64,000 nucleotides of DNA from Balanoglossus misakiensis. Lineage: Eukaryota; Animalia; Hemichordata. Shown here piece by piece: positions 12,381-25,640 of the stretch. The DNA lies in NCBI GenBank assembly GCA_040954595.2, contig CM082584.2, forward strand, positions 8,323,146 through 8,387,145, in the 5' to 3' direction. The number at the start of each line of letters is the position of its first letter. Within the stretch, counting starts at the first letter, position 1. The notes beneath the pieces are model-generated. The model was given only the letters and a program-made list of their open reading frames with translations, was not told the origin of the DNA and ran no database searches. A program made the position numbers and the translations under genes.

Positions 12381-13325
12381 TCTAAGTTAGACGGACACAT
12401 TGACAGGACATTAGACATCACATCGTGAGCGTTTTCCCCTATAGGAGGCCAAGCTGCGATGTACATTCGTAAATCTACACATTTATGGTGATAAAATTAA
12501 AAGTTATAAAGTATTAAACGAACGTCATCTGTGGAAATATATTGATATATTTATTAAATAAATAATTACGAAATATTCTTTAGAATTACAAGGCCCGTTT
12601 TAACTTATATTTGTAGATAGTTCAGAGGCAGAATATAATCCGGTTTTAACACAACAATGTCCTGTATGTCATTTGAAGAAAGAAAACTAGCACTTTAATA
12701 AAAAAAAAACGTATCATGCACAATTGTTGTCGTATTCTCATATTATAAAACTCCCGATTGTATGCAAAGGTGTGAAATAGTGGTTAATGAAAACGTACAA
12801 GGCCTTCATGCGGGAACATGGTATCTACTCCGAGGTTTTGTCAATCAAAATCTCCGAACAGCAAAAACAATCATCGAAATAAAATAGAATACAATCCCTG
12901 AACAAAAGGTGCTTGTAAATGGGGACGACATGTCAATAAACTAGGTCATACTATCTACGGTACCATCGATATGGTATCTTGTTTTGATCAATGTGTTATG
13001 ACGCATAATAAATAATAATGCAAAAAAACTCGAACATTTTGCGTTTTACCACGGACTTGACACTAATAAACGATAATATTCATATCATAGAATTCCAAGT
13101 AAATTGAACAACGAAACCAAATCTACGAAAAACTTAAAGAATCCTGTACGGCAAACTTATTTTCTTCCTTTAGCATCTTCCCACAATTTATGCAATTCAT
13201 TGTTACAGATAGTACTTCTCTCAGTGATATGACGTCATTCCAGTTGGCGTTTTCGCACATTTTTTTGCATATAAGTTGACAAAACGACGGTGCAGTGAAG
13301 ACACATCGATACCTATACTGAAACG

Positions 13326-15796
13326 ATGAACACAGCCAAGTACCTCGCCTCGTTATTTGTCGCTCTGTCGATATCCACGGCGTTGTCGCTGAAGCCGCGC
13401 GAAATAGGGCACATCAACATACAGCGACCCGGCTACTCCAGCGTCTTCCCGTACAGTAGCGGCGACACTTTCGATTTATTCGTCACCTCGTTCGAGGCCA
13501 CGGAAGGCACGGAAGACGAGATATACATGGTGCCGGACATCGCGAGCAAGCTCAACAATCTTGGCAGCGTGGTGCCCGAGGTTCTCGTCCAGAATGTCGA
13601 CTGGCCTAACGAGATACACGGAGTCCCAGGTGAGTGTATTTTTTTTAGCAAATTCTTTTATAGAAGAACTCGTTTGTTTAACGACGTGTAGAAATTAACA
13701 CATTTTAATCACGAGGCAGCGCTGCTATTTCGGTTCCCATTCAAATTGGGAACAGGATAATCGAAATGGCCACCGGCGGCATTTATGCAGCGTTTATATG
13801 TAAAACAGGTACCCTTTGATATGCATACCGGCACGTCCAGTATTCTAAAATATGAACACTGTCTACAGCTGAACTTAGTCAACTTATAATTGACGAATTT
13901 TCACGCTGATTATTCCACTTTAACCTAACAGAGGAAGTGTTTGGCGAAGATGGTTACATATGGGCAGCTACGGGTTTCATGGTAGCTGAGAAAATGGCCG
14001 GCGTTGTTGGCCTTTTAAATCCGAAGAAGCATGGCATGCCGGGTAGGATGACAATTTACAAAGTTACTCGTATTTTCATCATTTTTTCTAAACGCAAATG
14101 TTGTACACAGTGCCATAATTTTGACGGCAGTTCGTCATTAGTTAGTCAATTAAGCGTTGATTTATTTCTAATGGTATTTATTTATTTATTCTCTTCAATT
14201 ACAGATGTCCCCCTCGTCATTTCTGTCAACCCTGACGACGTCCCGTGGTTCTACCACCGTGTGGAATGGGTCGATTTGAACAACGATGGATTTAAGGACG
14301 CCCTCACAGCCAGGACGTTTGTTGAAGAAGGTAATGAGACTTGCTCAGCTTGTGGATTTCAGTATTTTTCACTAATAGTGATAATAACAATCGATTACCG
14401 CCACTGACCGTCTGCTAATGATAAATCGATATGCTATAATTGGATTCGCCATGTGCTAACGTGTACATCAATAAAAGGTGTTCATTTTCTTTCTTAACAC
14501 GTAATAGATTACGTCTACCACGCGGACCTGGTCTGGTTTGAGAATCCCGGTACGCTGTCGGCGCAGTCGTCGCCGTGGGCGCTGCACGAGGTGGTCAGCG
14601 GACCAGACTGTTTCTTCCGTACTGTAGAACTGACTCTGCCCGATGGCACCACAAAGCTGTGTGTAATCAGCACTCAGTACTTCACAGAGAAACTCACCGT
14701 GACCTGGACTGAAGGTAATCGTGTGTTCACCACACCTTAACTCTGTTCAAACTCGGTATTCGAAGTTAACTCTCGAATATTGCAAGTATCGTGCTCACTT
14801 TATGGTTTTGCTTTGTTTCGCAGATCCGAATGGTTCATGGACAAACCCAGACGACATACGTCACAGAGTTATTGACCAAGATCGTGGACATTACTTTGAT
14901 TTAGTGGTAAGTGGAATCAATTTGACGTTATTTTACCATTGTGTATTCAACTTATACATGTACGTCATCATGAAAATATTACATGCGTAATCTGTCTAAC
15001 ATTTTCTCCCTCTCCCTCTCTCTCTCTTAGATTGATGATCTCAACAGTGACGGTAGACTGGATCTCATGGTAACCGTCAACAAGTACGTTGGTTACATTA
15101 TTGTTTCCTATAGCATCACGTTTCATGACGAAAGTCCGTTATAAGAACATACGGCAGCCATTGAACATCGATGTGGACACACGTTTGCATAATGTAATAT
15201 ATTCTGACAAACTGCTGAATAACCCTCTTTCAGAAACTGGGGTGGTCACGTGATGGCTTACGAAATACCCGATAACTTCATCACCGACGACTGGCAGGCA
15301 CATTTATTGGCCGAGGGTTTTGATGGCGGTTACATGTACGGGCGTGGTGCCCCCGGTTCAGGGTTCACCTTCAGGCCAGCTAGGTAAGATGTGATTTTTT
15401 TTTCACTGCCATCAGAGGGCTCTAAGAAAACATACACGTCGGTGCGTGCATGATGGAGGTACTTCCATGGCTCGTGTAAGCACACATATACGCATGCGTG
15501 AGATTTGGTCGCCCTCCTGACGTCACTGCTCTTGACTCGCCCACAGCGAACCAAACAGAAAGAAACCTGTGATACTTATCAGCGGCGATGACGACGGCGC
15601 AATATATTTAATCCAACCATACAACGACGACGACGCCAGCGATTGGCGATACCACAAGACAGTTATCTTCAGTACACCTGGAATGGTCGGCTCAGTATCA
15701 TTGGTCGATGTCGACAATGACGGGTATGAAGAAATATTTATCCCGGCGTGGACAATGGAAAAACTGCACGTGCTAACATTTGCACCAATTCGATAA
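13326..15796 (+). CDS. Secreted FG-GAP/VCBS-repeat beta-propeller protein, paralog B, 8 exons, ~427 aa
   Basis: Exons 13326-13629, 13932-14042, 14205-14330, 14508-14714, 14824-14906, 15031-15083, 15234-15383, 15547-15796. Same intron phases as paralog A, with four internal exons of identical size (111/83/53/150). Signal peptide; loops DLNNDGFKD, DLNSDGRLD, DVDNDGYEE. Confidence 0.85.
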
Positions 15797-16690
15797 GACT
15801 TTTACGTGGTGGATTTTTTTGTGAATGTGTCAAATGGTATTTTTATATGTTTGCTGAAATCAAATGAACTAGGCTAGTATATATAATGTTTTCATTGTAT
15901 TTTATCGAACTAACTGATCCAGAACTTTACAGACTTTTCCCATGATCAATAAAAGGTATAAAACACAAAGAGAAAGACATATTGCGTCATTAAATTATTT
16001 GGTTTCTCGCTTTAAAAGTCAGTATCGCATAAACAGTATGGGTTTCCTCTATAAACCGAGGCAAGACAAGATTTTTGTCGGCGGTGAAGACTACGAAGTC
16101 ATGAAGAAAGTTGATATCGGGAAGACAGTATCTTTTAATGTGACTATATTTTTAATATATGTATGTAAATGTGGTCACAGATTATAAAACAGGTCAACTA
16201 CGTTTGCTACAGATTGAAAACAAAAACACAAAACCAGCACCGGCCTTAAGCGGCACATATATTTTCAAGATGAAATAAATATATCGTCTAAACGAAATTC
16301 CCTCTATCGACGAAATGGTTGAATAGTGTCCAAAATGATTAGAAAGTACATTCCTAAAAACTGACCGTTCAATGTTTACTTGAATATATGTGATGCCACA
16401 TACACTGCAAAATACGGTCTACCCACCACCGTGGTTCGAAATACACCTTACCGCTATATACTTTTCAAGTATGATGACAAATTTCTGTATTTACCTTATA
16501 TTTCGGCAACACGGGACTGTCGTCAATTCTTGCGATAAATTCCGAGTATAACTGCAGGCAAGTGTTTTTTATCCGCCTATTTTAGATTCCTCTCACTCAT
16601 TGAGATGGAATGATTTTTGGAATACAGAATAGCATTTCTGAAAACAATCGCTATAAAAAATTCATGCGGAATTTGAAGAGACGGCTTTTT

Positions 16691-18978
16691 TCAGCGACCT
16701 GTGTTCTGTACAACATCCAGCATCCAATCATTGTAGTTGTGAAGGTTGGTGAACACCACGGGATAAACGTGACACATGTGACCCCAGCTGACCAATCCGA
16801 GAACATACCACCGACCGGATACCTTGAAAAAGAATCAAAATCGTTGTTATGTCAAGGTGAACGAAGCAGACAACGGACAATATCAGTCACGCGGTGTAGT
16901 GTGGTGTGGTGTGGTATGGTACGACGTGACGTGATGTGATGAGGCGAGTTGCTCGTGGTAAAAAGTCCGACAACAAGAACAAGGCGGTGATGTGTCCTGA
17001 TGAGAAATTTTACAAAATACCACATGTAAACCCTAAATCCTAACCACTGCTTATAGCAGGACGAAAGGGAGAGCGCCTATACCTCTATCATTATGGGAGA
17101 TCCGCGAAATCCTCCACAAGCGTCTTCTGTAGGTGACATGGTGGTGGCACAAAACATGCTGTTGGTCACTCCGCCGTAAAAGACTCTGTTGCAGCTATCT
17201 GTCGTGTTGACCGCGAAAGGTATCTGCAAAGAAGCAACAGGCCCAAAGGACAAGAATGTTAACGAGAGCGTTCAATTGGACGAACGACCAGACTGCATTT
17301 ACATACAGCTGACTACAGTATTACATCACAATTTCTACGTACACCACGGGGGCCACTATCTAAAATCGATATTTTTCTTTCGTTGTGCAAAGTACATCTT
17401 CTTGTATTCCTCCCTATAGCACCCAAACCATGTTCTGCTTTTCAACAAGTCAAAAGCATCATGTTTGTCGGCCATTATCATTGTTGGCACAGAAAGATTC
17501 TCTCTGTACATAATTTAACGTGTCCAATTTGCGATGTCCATGATATCATTAATTTCATACCGTTTGCACCGTTTCGTCGCTTGGTGGCTGCAGAGAGTTC
17601 ACATTCCCGATTCCCGTCACAAATCCCTGCACACGATTCTCGAGCTCCATGGACGCGAAGTCTGGTTTCAATACGCAAGCTGTGTTAAGAGGAATGGTAA
17701 CACATCTGTAAATTGATATTTTCTTGTACAAACCCTATACCGAAAGCTTTGAATACATCTACATAAGCGTCAATGCCTTTTCACTTTACGCCAATGTCCA
17801 TAATAATACGACAACAATATATTAGCATATCTGTGACACGTACCAGGTGTGGCGAAGTCGGTGCTGCCAATCGAAACGGCCAACTTCAACAAAACAATGT
17901 CGTTTTCGCGGGTCATCTCGCTGTAGCCTGGATGGATGACGACGTCCGAGACGCTGTATTCAGGCGCATTACTCCTCTGATGGAACGCGGCGCTGGTCAG
18001 TTTCACCGAGATCTGATTCCGGTTCCACGTTGGGAAGCACGAAGCCAGGGTGGCCACCCAAGCATTGCCCAAGAGTACGCCGTTGCAATCCTGACTCTCA
18101 GCAAAGCGAGCCCGGGCTTGCCGTCTCAGAATTTGCACCAGCCAAGGCGAGGAGTTCGGTACAGACTCTCCATTGCCGATCAGCCCACATCCCTCTGCCA
18201 TACATAGAAACGGAAAACATGCTAATGATTATCCAGTGCCTGAAAATTGAACTCCGGAGTGATTACATAAATTAACTGAACTATATGATAATACCTAAAC
18301 TATAGTAGTTTTACGATGATATGAACACTTTTTATCTATATAATTAGACCTCTTATGATGATCTGTTGAATGGAGCGGTGTGGTTTATGATAAAAAAGGA
18401 GCTTCGGAAATTAAAAGTGGAATTATTGTTGGAACACAGTAGATTTTCATCTTGCGATAATACATTAACTATATAACCCGAAATGCAATAACCGAAATTA
18501 CATGTTGCTGAGGAATTAATATGTGATAGGGACCTGAAACCGACGATGGAATGGAATAGCTCATGAACAAACACATATGGGTTTTGTTAAGTAAAATGAA
18601 GAATATTATTTCAAGAGAAGAAAGCCAGTAAGTCTCTTAGTATGACAGTTTGCTGATATTTTGTGTTTTTACCTGCACTTATTGGTGATTGCAAGATGTC
18701 TTCTACAGTCGTTTCTTCGTGTGCTGTTAAGAATAAAAAACATATAGATTAGCACAGTTTAACAGCCATGTCAATGGATTTTCTGAACAAGAATGTTAAG
18801 TATATATACTTACGGTTCGTTTCCTCGCTATTACAGGAAAACACGTTTCGTTGAGTTTCTTTGATCCAATCGTGAAATTTATCAACTCTGGTAAAGACAC
18901 CGGGCTGGTGACTGGCGCAGTGCTGGCCCCAACTAATTATTCCAAGCAAATACCACCGAGTACCAATCTGGAAAAAAA

Positions 18979-19032
<54 letters not shown>

Positions 19033-21901
19033 TTCTAATACAGTCCCTATAAATGACACATTGCGGTCAATGACAGTTAATCTCAATACTGGTCACAAAT
19101 GTCACGTGACTAGAGAATGCCTCTTACCTTGCGCACAAATGGTCCCCCGGTATCACCTGTACACGTATCTCTTGTGTGATGATCTGAGTCTGCGCAGAAC
19201 ATGTTCGATGTGACGGAGTTCTCTGTGTGGCCTTGTTCACACTTCCAATGGTACGTCACCTTTAGTTTGACCTAGTGGTAAATAAGCGATCAACGAACGC
19301 CTGTTATATTTTAATGTAGATATAGCGTGTATTGAAATTCTCCATACCTTAAATAGGGTTTTACAACCTAGGTGAGTGATAAAAATCTCACATGGTCGAC
19401 TCAATTTTGGTTTTAGTTATTGTTATTTACCTTTCGCAATGAGTGAGAAAGTTGCTCGTGTTCAGTCGCACCCCAGCCAGTAGCCCATCCAACTCTGCGA
19501 TCATCTATCATTCTCTCTGCGGTTTTCGCCGGTGGTAGGCAAACTATGACGAAATATAAAATGGGGTATCAGATGTGGATGAGAAATGTTAGTGTATGTA
19601 GGTATCTAAGTATCTATGTATCCAGGTGCATATTATATATAGAAACGTACCTGGGGAAACACGATCATTAAATTGCACCAGTGACTTCAGTCGTACGAGG
19701 GCGATATCGGCATCATGGTTGTGGTCATTATAGTTCGGATGGACAAAGATTGATTCCACTTCAACCATGACTTCCTCCGCTTCGTTCAGTTCTCGGTTAA
19801 GTTTTCCGAGGTACACGCGAGTGTTTTGGCTTGTCAGGGAGATTCCACGGACACACTGAGCTGACGTCACCACCCAGTAATGATCCAGTAGGGACCCTCC
19901 ACAAAATTCCCCCGTCGAAGTCTTTCTGATCATCGCCATCCACGGCCACTCGCCCTCCCGGGATTCATCGCCTCCGAAGACTCTCGCTCTAAAATCCAGA
20001 TGGTTCGCAATACCGCATACATCTAGCAGACAACAAAACAATTAGACATTTCAATTTTCCAATTACTGTTCGAATTGGGGGCGACGGAATGGAGGTTATT
20101 TTTTATAAACGTAATATATAACTTTATATTGTGGTCCGTGTCATCAAAATTCTTACTAGCCACAAATTACATGTGCAATGTGCCTGGTATTCCTTGCTTG
20201 GTCTTACCTTCCAACTCTGAGTTTTGAATATCGACGTGATTTTCCTTGTACGCGCCAGTACTCAGTGTACATGTGTAGACACCACTGTCGGACTCTTTGG
20301 AATCGACCACAAGCAGGTTTCCGTCTCGCAGTTCAAAAGCCCTGTTCTCCTGGAAGGCGTCCGATGCGTACACCGATCGCCCGTCTTTGAGCCACTCGAT
20401 GTCCGCATTTAGGCGTCCCCCTGGGCACTTCAGTTCGAAGTAGCGCCCGCTGACGTCGACAATCTCCACTCGGTTACCTGTAAACGTGGAGAGTGGACAC
20501 GTGAATTGTGAGTGAGCTCTACAGATCCTGCATTAACTTGGTGTTCGACTACTGCAGGATAAAATTTAAATTCTAATAGACGACATTTGGACAACTTAAT
20601 GTTGTTACATGAAACATTGCCAAGTCTTCTGAACGTGGGAAAACCATTAAATCTAGTGCATATTTCATGCATCACGGACCAAACTGCCAAAACGCAGTCT
20701 TTATGCTGATTTTGTCATGTCGAGCGAACCCGCGTTCAGTTCACCACTGGTTGGTTTTATTACTAACTGGGGAAGGAAATAAGCCGCTTTCACTGACTTT
20801 ATTTAGTATCAGAAGTATGTGCGCGCATACGAGGAAATTGCACAGAGTTTTTAGAACATGATCCAGTAAGATGATATCTTAAGTGGTTATGAGAATAGAG
20901 CTGATCCGATTACAGGCGATTGGATGTGCCCATAATTCTCCACAAATTACGTGTTCAGTCATCGACACGGAACTCTACGCACCACAAAGCCACGCTTGGG
21001 CGCGCAACAGGGAGCAGCTCATTTTTAAAGTATTGTCATGTAAATAACAAAGTTTCCCGGCCGGACGACATAAGGCATTATCAGAACCGCACCAGTTTCC
21101 GGACAGGAAGCGTCCACTACCTGTGTATCTATACGTCAGGATATTTCTGAACACCAGAAACATATCCATGCCAGTTTGAAAAATAAGAACCGACTAGTAG
21201 TCCTGGCGATTCTTTTGTAATTGCGTCAGTTGACGCGGATTAGTCAGAAATATTTGCTTTTGGATAATCACGCCATTTCTCAGAAATCTAGTGCATTAAA
21301 TTTCAATCGTCAGAACGACGATTATTGGCTTTGTGACCTTGCGCGGAAACAAGGGCACTTTCTCATATCATAATTCTGGTATGATCTCATAAAAGGTCAG
21401 AAGGGCAAGATGAACCATGCCCATGAACAATCTTTATGGCCGAAAGAGGACAACACGTCGTGTGTTATTATTGGAGAAATGGCAGGGTTTGCGCTTGTCA
21501 AAAAGACGCTTGCCAAGTTCCCCCGGACTACATACAAAATCATAAAAGTATGATTTTAATGCATGTCTCCTCGAGACTGTCTTTAAATACAACAATGTTG
21601 TGTCTTGATACCAACTCGAATATTAAGCTTATCTAGAATGTAATAATAAAACTGTCACACCCAAGAAACAAAACAAATATTAGGTATAAAGAACAGACAC
21701 TTTGAACTAACAATTTAATGAGTGATGACAAGTAGGTACTGAGTGTTATCGCCACAAAAGAGTAGTTTTCTATACCAGAGACTTGTGAATGCAGATCCAC
21801 TTACCTCTGTTGGCGGTGCACACGGCACAGATGGACAACAGATAAACAGCGATGACCGGTCTCCAAAAACATCGCCGAGAACAATTCGTAGCTGCAGGCA
21901 T
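16691..21901 (-). CDS. Secreted Ig-like domain + two tandem chymotrypsin-fold (S1) serine protease homolog domains, predicted inactive, 11 exons, ~647 aa
   Basis: Exons 21901-21805, 20477-20208 (Ig: LKCPGG..IEWLKDG..DSGVYTC), 20022-19651, 19543-19431, 19271-19128, 18967-18814, 18723-18673, 18194-17844, 17679-17561, 17223-17083, 16822-16691 total 1944 nt in frame. Domain 1: R-VFGG, TSAQC, DIAL, GDTGGP. Domain 2: LASC, DIVL, GFRGSP. Confidence 0.85.
18979..19032. repeat. (CAT)n microsatellite
   Basis: About 18 units read directly; intronic. Confidence 0.95.
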
Positions 21902-24673
21902 TTCTCCGTGCGACTCTTGTGCCCGATGAACTATCAGTCTATAGCGTGATCGCGTGAACGGATCGTAGTATTATTGTCGCTGGTGAGGACGACGAAGACT
22001 GAGACTCAGCAGGGGGCTACTCGCCGCTTTTGTGTCCCTCGATTGGCTGCCGCCTATCGCGTATGGTGACGTCATCTCTCGAGATCTGACCGATGAGGTT
22101 AAACAGTCACTGTCCATATGCGTTATAAATCATTGGTTTGTGGCGTCGACATATCGTACAATACGCAGAAGTGAACGTCCGAAGAATAGTCGCTGGCTAT
22201 CGGCAGTGGCAGAGACTTCCTCCTTTTCTGGTCATAAAAGCGCTCATTCAAGAAAACGTCGGATTCGGACATTTCTCAGTAGAGTAGTGTACAGCGTCTG
22301 TCTATCATCTCAGCAACGTTTTAGGCCGATTTCCAGCCCCCCCCCCCCCCCACCCCCAAGACATTTTAGCGCAGACCTTTAAAATTAACTATAGGCCCAC
22401 AGAAACCAAAACATGGTCATGGGGCTTTCATGTCACGGAGACATGTTTGTCGTTTGCGATCATACGACGATCTGATGATAGCCCAGGATGAAATAAAACA
22501 AGCATACAAACATTACGTGAACTTATGATAGCGGTACTCACGAGCATCCATTGCCTAGCAACGACGTATTATGATGCTCATTGTTGAAGTAGGGACGATT
22601 GCCAAACACTGTCCGGTTAGATTCTGCAGAGTGGCCGTTCTCTATTTTCGTGGTTTTGGTCACTGACCTTTCTCATTCGATGGGGGGGGGGGCTGAATTT
22701 ATTATTGGTCAAAAACAATAAAATGTAGTCACACAAATACGGGTATTGAAGAAAACAATGAGGTCTGGACCTAACAATGATGGACGTCCGGCTAACTAGA
22801 GGCCGGGATTACAAAAAAAAAACTTTTACTTCCCGGAAGGCAGTGGTTCCGCGTGCGAAAGAAACCGTCGCCTGGAGGTTAGCGCTGTCAGACATGGGAA
22901 CTGTCACCTACCAGAGATCGAGTTCGTGCGGGGTATTTGCAGAGGGGCGTATTCTCTGATACGAGATAGCCGCAATGGGAAAGATAGCGATTTACTGATA
23001 ACGGTGTGAATTGGCGGAAGTGACTCTTCATTGTCAACAGTCAGAGATTCCACGTAAGAAATTACGCCATGCAGAGAAGAGATTGAAGAAGTCACATCGT
23101 GAATACAAAACTTGATCCGCGAATTGGTGGTTACAGGTGTTCTTGGTGTCTACATACCAGGACTTGCAAGTTTGTCAAGTTGGACACACACCGGCCCGTA
23201 CTTTTAGATATCGTCATTAAATCTGTGCGACTGATTCGTCTAGAAACACCTACAGATCGCACAGTGAAATAAATACAGGTTGAGTTGATCTTTTTTGAAA
23301 TCTCCGAGATTATATATCTTTAATTACTGATTGGTCAATTAAGACGCGACGGTTGATTCTTCTGGTGTACAGTATATAATTAAGCCATCGAGCAATCTCG
23401 GTATACTTATTCAACTGACGTTCGTACCAAGTCTTATCAACACCTGAAGCTGATCAATATTTATATTCAACGAAGTACGTCACTGGCCTTCCGATTCAAT
23501 AAGAACAATATTAACGCCTTTCGTTCTGATAATGCCGAGTAAAGGTCAAACCATATCAACAACAACAATAGAATCCAGCGTTATCTTCTGTTCTATATCG
23601 CGACTGATTTAATCAGAAGTAGCCTGTGTATCCTCTTCTATTTATTTAACTCCTACAATTCCGTCACTGATCAAATTCAACTTGAAATATTTAATTATAA
23701 ACTGTTAAAGTTTGACATTTGCCTTCTCGCGCACCTAAAATAAGCTTATATATATGCTAACCGTTGACATTTTGTACTTATAAATTGGATTGTGTGAACA
23801 GTTTGCTTGCGGGTGTTTACTGGTCTACGCTTAATGTTCGGTTGTCATGGTATCTGTGTTCGAGTTGTGAGGTTGCTTGGTTAGCGCCCTTTACGCCCAC
23901 ATGTGATACCCATTCGTTTGCTTTCAAACTGTAGTTTGATGGCGAAGACCAGAGTACAAAAAGGGTACACTTCAAAACAAACCAGGTCTAGCTGCCATTC
24001 CTCATTAATTGGTCCCGTCACCATCTGGTAATATTTATACCAGGCAATCGCAGGAAGGGATTTTTGAGTTCCCAAGTATTACGGAGACCAATGAACGTTC
24101 ATTGTTTACTGGCAGTCGGCATCAATCTATTGATATTTACACTGACCGAGTTATTCGCTATAAATATTTTTCCTGATCTAGAGGGAGTGTGTATGTAGTT
24201 CACACTATCCATACATCTTTGTCTATGGAAGATGTTTACCCCGTTGGCCAGCGCAAATGTTTACTAAAATAACCATGCGCGCATACCGCACATAATATCG
24301 ACTATAGTTATAACGTTTTTATTAGCTTGTTTCTCAATCAGACTGAAAATCTTAACGCCTTCGATAATTCCCCACATCTGACCAATTGGCTTCGAGTGGA
24401 ACCATGCACAAAATGGATGAAATTGTCACTGCATGCAGAAAATGATCAAAATACCCTTCGTAATTTAGGTCCTCAAACATCTCCATTCCCTCCATTCCTT
24501 GAATTGCAACGTCATGACAATTGTCATACCGTTTACTGGCAGCCCATTGGCTGCTTGTGCGGCCTCGTGTGACCTCACAACTTGTGTAAACTAATTAACA
24601 TAACAACATAACAACAATTAACATAACAACATACAAAATCTGTGGCCGATCAAAAGGTCTCACAGAAAAAAAA

Positions 24674-25074
24674 TGTTCTATGTGTTTTTACCCTGTTTGG
24701 TCGAGGAGTTACTATTGAGTCCACAAAAGTCCTGGCCGAACTCAAGCTTCACCAAGGCACAGAAGTCCGTTGCTGACAAAGTCCGACATTCACAGAAGCC
24801 AGTTGTTCACAGAAGTCAGTTGCTCACACAAAGTCCGTTGCTCACAGAGTCCAGACCAGCCAGGTAGATTCCTAATTCCCAAGGCGATGTGGAGTGACAT
24901 GCTCCTCCGAGTCAGTGTTGAGAAGTGTTCCTCGTGGTTTTTGTGAGAATGCCTTTTATATGGGTGACCATCTGGTTAACTAATATTTAAATGAAGCTAT
25001 AGTTGAAAAGGCAGGGCCTTTTGTTATGCAAAGAAAAAGCTCGACCAAGCAACTAAACAGGGTGTGTCGTAACA
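24674..25074 (-). mobile_element. Possible solo-LTR-like or other repeat fragment
   Basis: Bounded by TGTT...AACA; TATAAAAGG on the minus strand near 24960-24952; internal degenerate CACAGAAGTCCGTTGCT repeats; subterminal inverted match ACCCTGTTT..GGTCGAG. No target-site duplication found. Confidence 0.3.
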
Positions 25075-25640
25075 CTATATTTCACACATACTCATTGGAA
25101 TCTTCACAAAAAACATTAGCGCGCATTGCAATTATCGTGCTTCGATGCGACATGTTATTGTTTTCTTTGTAACAAGACATGTTTTACTCAATTGGCAGGA
25201 AATTGAATTACATGTACCGTGAACATTCCATCACAAATGAACGTCACTGTAAGACAGCAATAGGATATATTGGTTTAATGGTTAAAAGTCAAGTTATATC
25301 GGAGAGGGAAACATGTTAGAAATTCAGAGGTCAGCGACTTGCAGAGTTGCGGCCCTTTAAAACCAGATAACCCTTTTCCATGTTTCGTGAATATCTGGGT
25401 TTTGTATTGATATGTATATAAATACAAACATATACTAACACAGTTTATCCTGTATTCACTTGTGTGTAGACAACGCGCCAAGGTTGAAGGTTAAAGTTGA
25501 ACATACCTCCGTCGTACTTTACGTATCGCAAAATAAAGGCTAACACTTGAGGCAAATGTTTATATTCATACTATTGACATACAGCGACAGTCACTGCAGC
25601 TACAGAACGCACAGCTAAATTGGATTAGCTCGTTTGCTTC

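Noticed and set aside
16990-17030. CTGATGA hammerhead-ribozyme core
   Set aside because: No stem II followed by GAAA and no flanking helices could be built.
18851-19213. Poly-isoleucine ORF
   Set aside because: A (CAT)n microsatellite read antisense to real exons.
20430-20690. Extra upstream exon or extension for the Ig-protease gene (acceptor near 20552)
   Set aside because: Reading through hits a stop at 20430-20432. The 20477 acceptor joins exon 1 in frame without it; a small extra exon cannot be excluded without RNA data.
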